A stretch of DNA of 64,000 nt from a virus (taxonomy: Duplodnaviria; Caudoviricetes). A program made the translations under genes and the position numbers. Of the stretch, positions 60,380-64,000 are shown piece by piece. The notes under the pieces were generated by a model. It worked only from the letters and a program-made list of their open reading frames with translations, was not told the origin of the DNA and did not search any database. Each line of letters opens with the position of its first letter. Position 1 is the first letter of the stretch. Location: the IMG/VR virus record IMGVR_UViG_3300032373_000001; one strand, written 5' to 3'.

Positions 60380-62815
60380 CTATACCAAGTTGGCCAGTCT
60401 CATTGACAGCCCGGAGCTCCGCTCCTGGGCCTTGTTGTTCCGGATGGCCTTCATCACCGCCGAGCGGGTGCCTACCAGGTAGACGCGCTTCTTGGCTCGG
60501 GTGATGGCCGTGTAGAACAGGTTCCGCTGAAGCTGGCGTCCGAAGGCGTCCAAGACAGGCAGTACGATGACATCGTACTCCTGACCCTGGCTCTTGTGAA
60601 CAGTCTGCGCATAAGCCAGCCGAAGGACCTTGACGGCATCCGAGTACTTGTAGCGGATGACCCGGTCCGGGACGCCGGGACCTTCGAAGACCTTGACCTC
60701 GATCTCCTTGGCGCGCTTGTCGATGCGGCTGACCTTACCTACATCCCCGTTGTAGACTCGGTTGTCGTAGTCGTTCTTGATGACCATGACGCGGTCACCC
60801 TCGCGGATCACGTCGTTGCCCAGGCGAACCTCAACAAGGCCCGACACCTGGGGATTCAGGGCTTGGCGGAGACGGTGGTTGAGGACTGTCACCCCGGAGT
60901 CCCCGCCGTGGCGGGGACTCAAGATCTGGAAGTTGGCGCGCTGGTGGTAGAGGGTCCGGGCCAGGGCCACGACCTGATCGCTGGCGTCGGTCTCATCGGG
61001 GGCCTCCTTCAGAACGAAATCCTTCTGGTCGATCTGAGGGAACTTCCCGGCGTGAACGGCGTGGGCTGCCAGGACGATGCCCGAGGTGTCTGCTTGGCGG
61101 AAGATCTTGTCCAGGTGAGTGTGCGGGAAGACCCCCGACTTCACCATGTCGCGGAGCACGTCACCGGAACCTACAGAGGGCAGCTGGTACGGGTCCCCGA
61201 CGAAGAGGAAGCGGCAGTCCTCCCGCGTGGAGATCACGAGCCGATACAGCATGTAGAGGTCGAGCATCGAGCTCTCATCTACGATGACCAGCTTTGCCGG
61301 GTGAGGGTTGTCAGGACCATAACCCCACTCCTGGCTGCCCCGCGCGTTGGGGTCGCGGCCTTCAGAAGACCCAGTCACTCCAACGTAGGTGGCCTCCCGG
61401 TCCTCTTGATCCTTGCGGAAGCCCTTCGCTCCGAAAGCACGGTGAACGGTGTGGGCCTCTACCCCAGTGACGCTGGCCATGCGCTTGGCGGCGATGCCTG
61501 TGGGGGCTACAAGCAACAGGGGGATGCCTGCATCCCGCGCCACACTGACGATGGCCTTCAAGGTCGTGGTCTTGCCCGTGCCGGGAAGGCCCGTGAGGAG
61601 GCTCACCGGAGAGATCAGGGCAAGGGTCGCGGCCTTCATCTGATCCTGCGTGAGGTTGACCTTCTTGGCGCTGGCCCAGCTCTGGAGAGCAGAGCGCGCG
61701 GCAACGTCCAGCGTGCGCCCAAATCGGACCAAGGCGGTCTCCACATGCCCGCTGGACATCGCCAACATGTCCAGCAACTCGTCTTCTTCCAGGGGCCGCT
61801 TCAGCTTCAACGCGAGGGCTTCTGCCGACCCCACCTCGACCTTGTAGTGCCACGCATCATACAAGAGCTTGTTGCCGGGGTCTGTATCCCGGTCCACGAT
61901 GAGCTGGCCGCTCTTGACCAGGGCTCCGATGGCTTCAGCGATCTTGCGCGCTGGGGGTTGCCCCGAAGGGACCAACCGGGTGACCCGGTTGACCGCCCCG
62001 ACCACAGAGCAGTACACGTTGCCTTCTCGGACCACATCCTTGACGGCGCTGAGCACTGCCCCCTGAAGGCGTCCGGGATGGTCGAGGCCGACGCCCATGC
62101 CTTGGGCCAATGCGTCTGCTTCCTTGAACGTGATGCCAGGAACCTGGGTGATGACCCACGGGTTGCGAGTCAAGATCTCTTGAAGGTCCCCACCAAACTT
62201 CTTCCGGATCCGGCCGATCGCACGGGCGTTGAGCCCTGCCCGGATCAGGAAGGCCGCGCCGTCGATGTAGGTCCGAAGCGACTTCCAGTTGGTCAAGACG
62301 TGGGCAGCGGCGACCTCATCCATCCCCGGAGCCCCGTCGAGGTCCTCGGCTTCCAGGACCTCGAACATCGTTTTGCCCAGCTGCCGGGCATGGCGCTCCA
62401 CGGCGTACCGCATCGAAGGCCCGACGCCGCGGGAAGTCAGTGCCCCCTTGACCCGCTCGTTGGTCCAGTTGTTGAGGCTGACAGGCGACCGAACGCTCTG
62501 GAGCTGCTTGCCGTATTGAGGGTGGTTGATCCAGCGGCCCTCAAAGGTGAACCAGGTCCCCGGTTTCATCGCCATTCCGGGGAAGTCCCCCTTGACGGTC
62601 ACCGGGGCAGCGGTGCTCGCGAACAGGCCCATCGGGTCGTTGGGGTCGTTGACGGGGCTGACGTCCGGGCGGATCTTTAAGATGAAGAAGTCGTCGTTGG
62701 AGTAAACCACGTTCAGCACACTTCCGCTGAACGCTTGAGTCTTACTTTTGGGCTTGGGCACCCGCATCTCCTCTTGGGTTTTTTCGCGATGGCTCCATAG
62801 GAGCGCCTGCGTCAC
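60380..62815 (-). CDS. RecD2-like SF1B helicase
   Basis: N-terminal OB and HhH regions, GLPGTGKTT, APTGIAAK, VDESSM, GDPYQLPSVG, RQA, AYAQTVHKSQGQE, YTAITRAK; exact start uncertain. Confidence 0.92.
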   Translation of the reverse strand: MTQALLWSHREKTQEEMRVPKPKSKTQAFSGSVLNVVYSNDDFFILKIRPDVSPVNDPNDPMGLFASTAAPVTVKGDFPGMAMKPGTWFTFEGRWINHPQYGKQLQSVRSPVSLNNWTNERVKGALTSRGVGPSMRYAVERHARQLGKTMFEVLEAEDLDGAPGMDEVAAAHVLTNWKSLRTYIDGAAFLIRAGLNARAIGRIRKKFGGDLQEILTRNPWVITQVPGITFKEADALAQGMGVGLDHPGRLQGAVLSAVKDVVREGNVYCSVVGAVNRVTRLVPSGQPPARKIAEAIGALVKSGQLIVDRDTDPGNKLLYDAWHYKVEVGSAEALALKLKRPLEEDELLDMLAMSSGHVETALVRFGRTLDVAARSALQSWASAKKVNLTQDQMKAATLALISPVSLLTGLPGTGKTTTLKAIVSVARDAGIPLLLVAPTGIAAKRMASVTGVEAHTVHRAFGAKGFRKDQEDREATYVGVTGSSEGRDPNARGSQEWGYGPDNPHPAKLVIVDESSMLDLYMLYRLVISTREDCRFLFVGDPYQLPSVGSGDVLRDMVKSGVFPHTHLDKIFRQADTSGIVLAAHAVHAGKFPQIDQKDFVLKEAPDETDASDQVVALARTLYHQRANFQILSPRHGGDSGVTVLNHRLRQALNPQVSGLVEVRLGNDVIREGDRVMVIKNDYDNRVYNGDVGKVSRIDKRAKEIEVKVFEGPGVPDRVIRYKYSDAVKVLRLAYAQTVHKSQGQEYDVIVLPVLDAFGRQLQRNLFYTAITRAKKRVYLVGTRSAVMKAIRNNKAQERSSGLSMRLANLV

Positions 62816-62841
62816 GAGGTCGTACTTACCGGCAAAGGAAG

Positions 62842-62870
62842 CGGGGAGTAGTCCATCGGACTACTCCCCG
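62842..62870 (-). terminator. 13-bp-stem hairpin, terminator-like
   Basis: CGGGGAGTAGTCC-ATC-GGACTACTCCCCG followed by CTTCCTTT on the minus strand; a second imperfect hairpin lies at about 62881-62907. Confidence 0.55.
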
Positions 62871-62903
62871 GCCAGTGCTTGTAATCCCGCCTTGCGGGGC
62901 GGA

Positions 62904-64000
62904 TTACTTGTCTTGTTTCTTCTGCTCCAGGTAGCGGTGCGCGATGCGCTCTGCTGCCCGGTGGCCCCGGTAGTTGGGGTCGATCAGGTGCTGGTCGCTG
63001 ACCGCCCGATCGAAGGTCTCGCCGAAGTCCCGCTTCATACGCAGGTGGCGCTGCTCCTGCTCGCGCTCCAACCGAAGCTGCTTGCGGAGCTTCTTGAATC
63101 CGGGAACCTTCTTGAGACGGCGCAGGGCCTTCTCCATCTGGTCGTCGAACACGTCCTGGTCCCAGTCCATGACGTCACGGCGGGTGGGCCCGCGATAGGG
63201 CTCCGGACCCTCACCCGCAGGGTAGATGGGGCCGACTTGGCCGGTCCCACCCGGCCCCGGACGGCGCTGGCTCTCGGTGAGGAACTCCATCAGGTCCTGA
63301 CGCCCCATGATGAGGCCCGCGATCTCGGAGCTGCGGAGGGCATCCTCCATCCTCGGCTTGACACCCTTCCGCCACTCGGTGTTGAACAGGACTTCCTTCT
63401 TGCGGAGAGCCTCGGAGTCGTTCGGGTCCAGGTCCAGTTGGCCGCTGCGGATCAGCATCTTCACCGCAGCGCGGGCGTTCAGCGCGACTTGACCGTTCCG
63501 GGAGAACTTGAGGAGGGAGGGGTCCTGACGAACGAGGTCCCAGATCAACTTCTGGGTCCTCCCGGTCATCCGAGGACGGACCGCAGCGTCCACCAACGCA
63601 GCAACCTCCGGGTCCTTGTAGAGGAACTCCGTGAGCTGTTGCCAGTTGGCGTCTTCGAGGCTGCGAGGGTCAGCCACAGTCTCCTGAACCGAAAGGCCCT
63701 CGCCGACTGGGATGTCCAGCGGCATCATGAAGACCTCTTCCTTGGGCGCGGAGCGGGCCACGTCCATGCCGAACTGTCGGCCCGACTTCTGGGCGATGGC
63801 GTTGAGCCCTCCCAGGGTGGGGGCCTTCTTGGCCCGCGTTCCCAGCCAGTCGAAGACGCCTCGCCGGTTGAGCTTCGACAGCGGGGTGCCCGTGAGGGGG
63901 CTGTATCCCAGGAGAAGGCTCGAAGCGACGTCCGCCGGCATCAGACCGCGAACAGCATCCTGACCTTGAAAGGCTCCTCGGATACCCTTCAGGAAGCTCG
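62904..64000 (-). CDS. C-terminal part of a longer hypothetical gene (open to the right edge)
   Basis: The frame of 62904-63941 stays open to 64000 (SFLKGIRGAFQGQDAVRGL-MPAD...). Confidence 0.65.
   Translation of the reverse strand, partial: SFLKGIRGAFQGQDAVRGLMPADVASSLLLGYSPLTGTPLSKLNRRGVFDWLGTRAKKAPTLGGLNAIAQKSGRQFGMDVARSAPKEEVFMMPLDIPVGEGLSVQETVADPRSLEDANWQQLTEFLYKDPEVAALVDAAVRPRMTGRTQKLIWDLVRQDPSLLKFSRNGQVALNARAAVKMLIRSGQLDLDPNDSEALRKKEVLFNTEWRKGVKPRMEDALRSSEIAGLIMGRQDLMEFLTESQRRPGPGGTGQVGPIYPAGEGPEPYRGPTRRDVMDWDQDVFDDQMEKALRRLKKVPGFKKLRKQLRLEREQEQRHLRMKRDFGETFDRAVSDQHLIDPNYRGHRAAERIAHRYLEQKKQDK

Noticed and set aside
429-63963. Many long plus-strand ORFs (e.g. 2107-4188, 9570-11540, 32144-33880, 60596-62680)
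   Set aside because: Each overlaps a motif-bearing minus-strand gene, has no recognisable motifs and has the V/L/G/R-rich composition typical of antisense shadows in high-GC coding DNA.
1-64000. tRNA, rRNA, integrase or IS elements
   Set aside because: Intergenic gaps are short and no cloverleaf, recombinase or transposase motifs were recognised by eye; tRNAscan was not run.

Overview
A 64 kb segment of a large, high-GC myovirus (jumbo-type tailed phage). Essentially every credible gene lies on the minus strand; the long plus-strand ORFs look like antisense shadows. Read in transcription direction (right to left), it has two parts. (1) About 64-43 kb is a bacterial-style replication/recombination module: RecD2-like helicase, 3'-5' exonuclease, RuvC, RecA, SbcC split into two genes, SbcD, an orphan DNA methyltransferase, a PD-(D/E)xK protein, DnaN, a TOPRIM primase, a NUDIX hydrolase and DnaX. 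(2) About 43 kb to 1 is a transcription and morphogenesis block: NusG-like and sigma-region-4-like regulators, Dps-like and FmdB-like proteins, a 1729-aa tail sheath, an HD hydrolase, a complete two-component system coupled to a membrane protein and a C39 peptidase, terminase, portal, two giant multi-enzyme proteins, prohead protease, scaffold, putative decoration protein and the major capsid gene (absent from the ORF track). The most striking candidate system is a head-cargo polyprotein system. A [KR]-x-A-[SA] motif, resembling assemblin A|S cleavage sites, recurs at domain boundaries and termini of head-region proteins. It separates TopoIB, ART-like, pyrophosphatase-like, zincin, GNAT and 2H-phosphoesterase domains, often after short shared leader motifs. 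Also notable: a phage-encoded PAS histidine kinase plus Rcp1-like receiver in a putative lysis-type operon, and a recurring CGGTAG-N6-TATC promoter-like motif. All assignments come from reading motifs by eye; no database searches were run.
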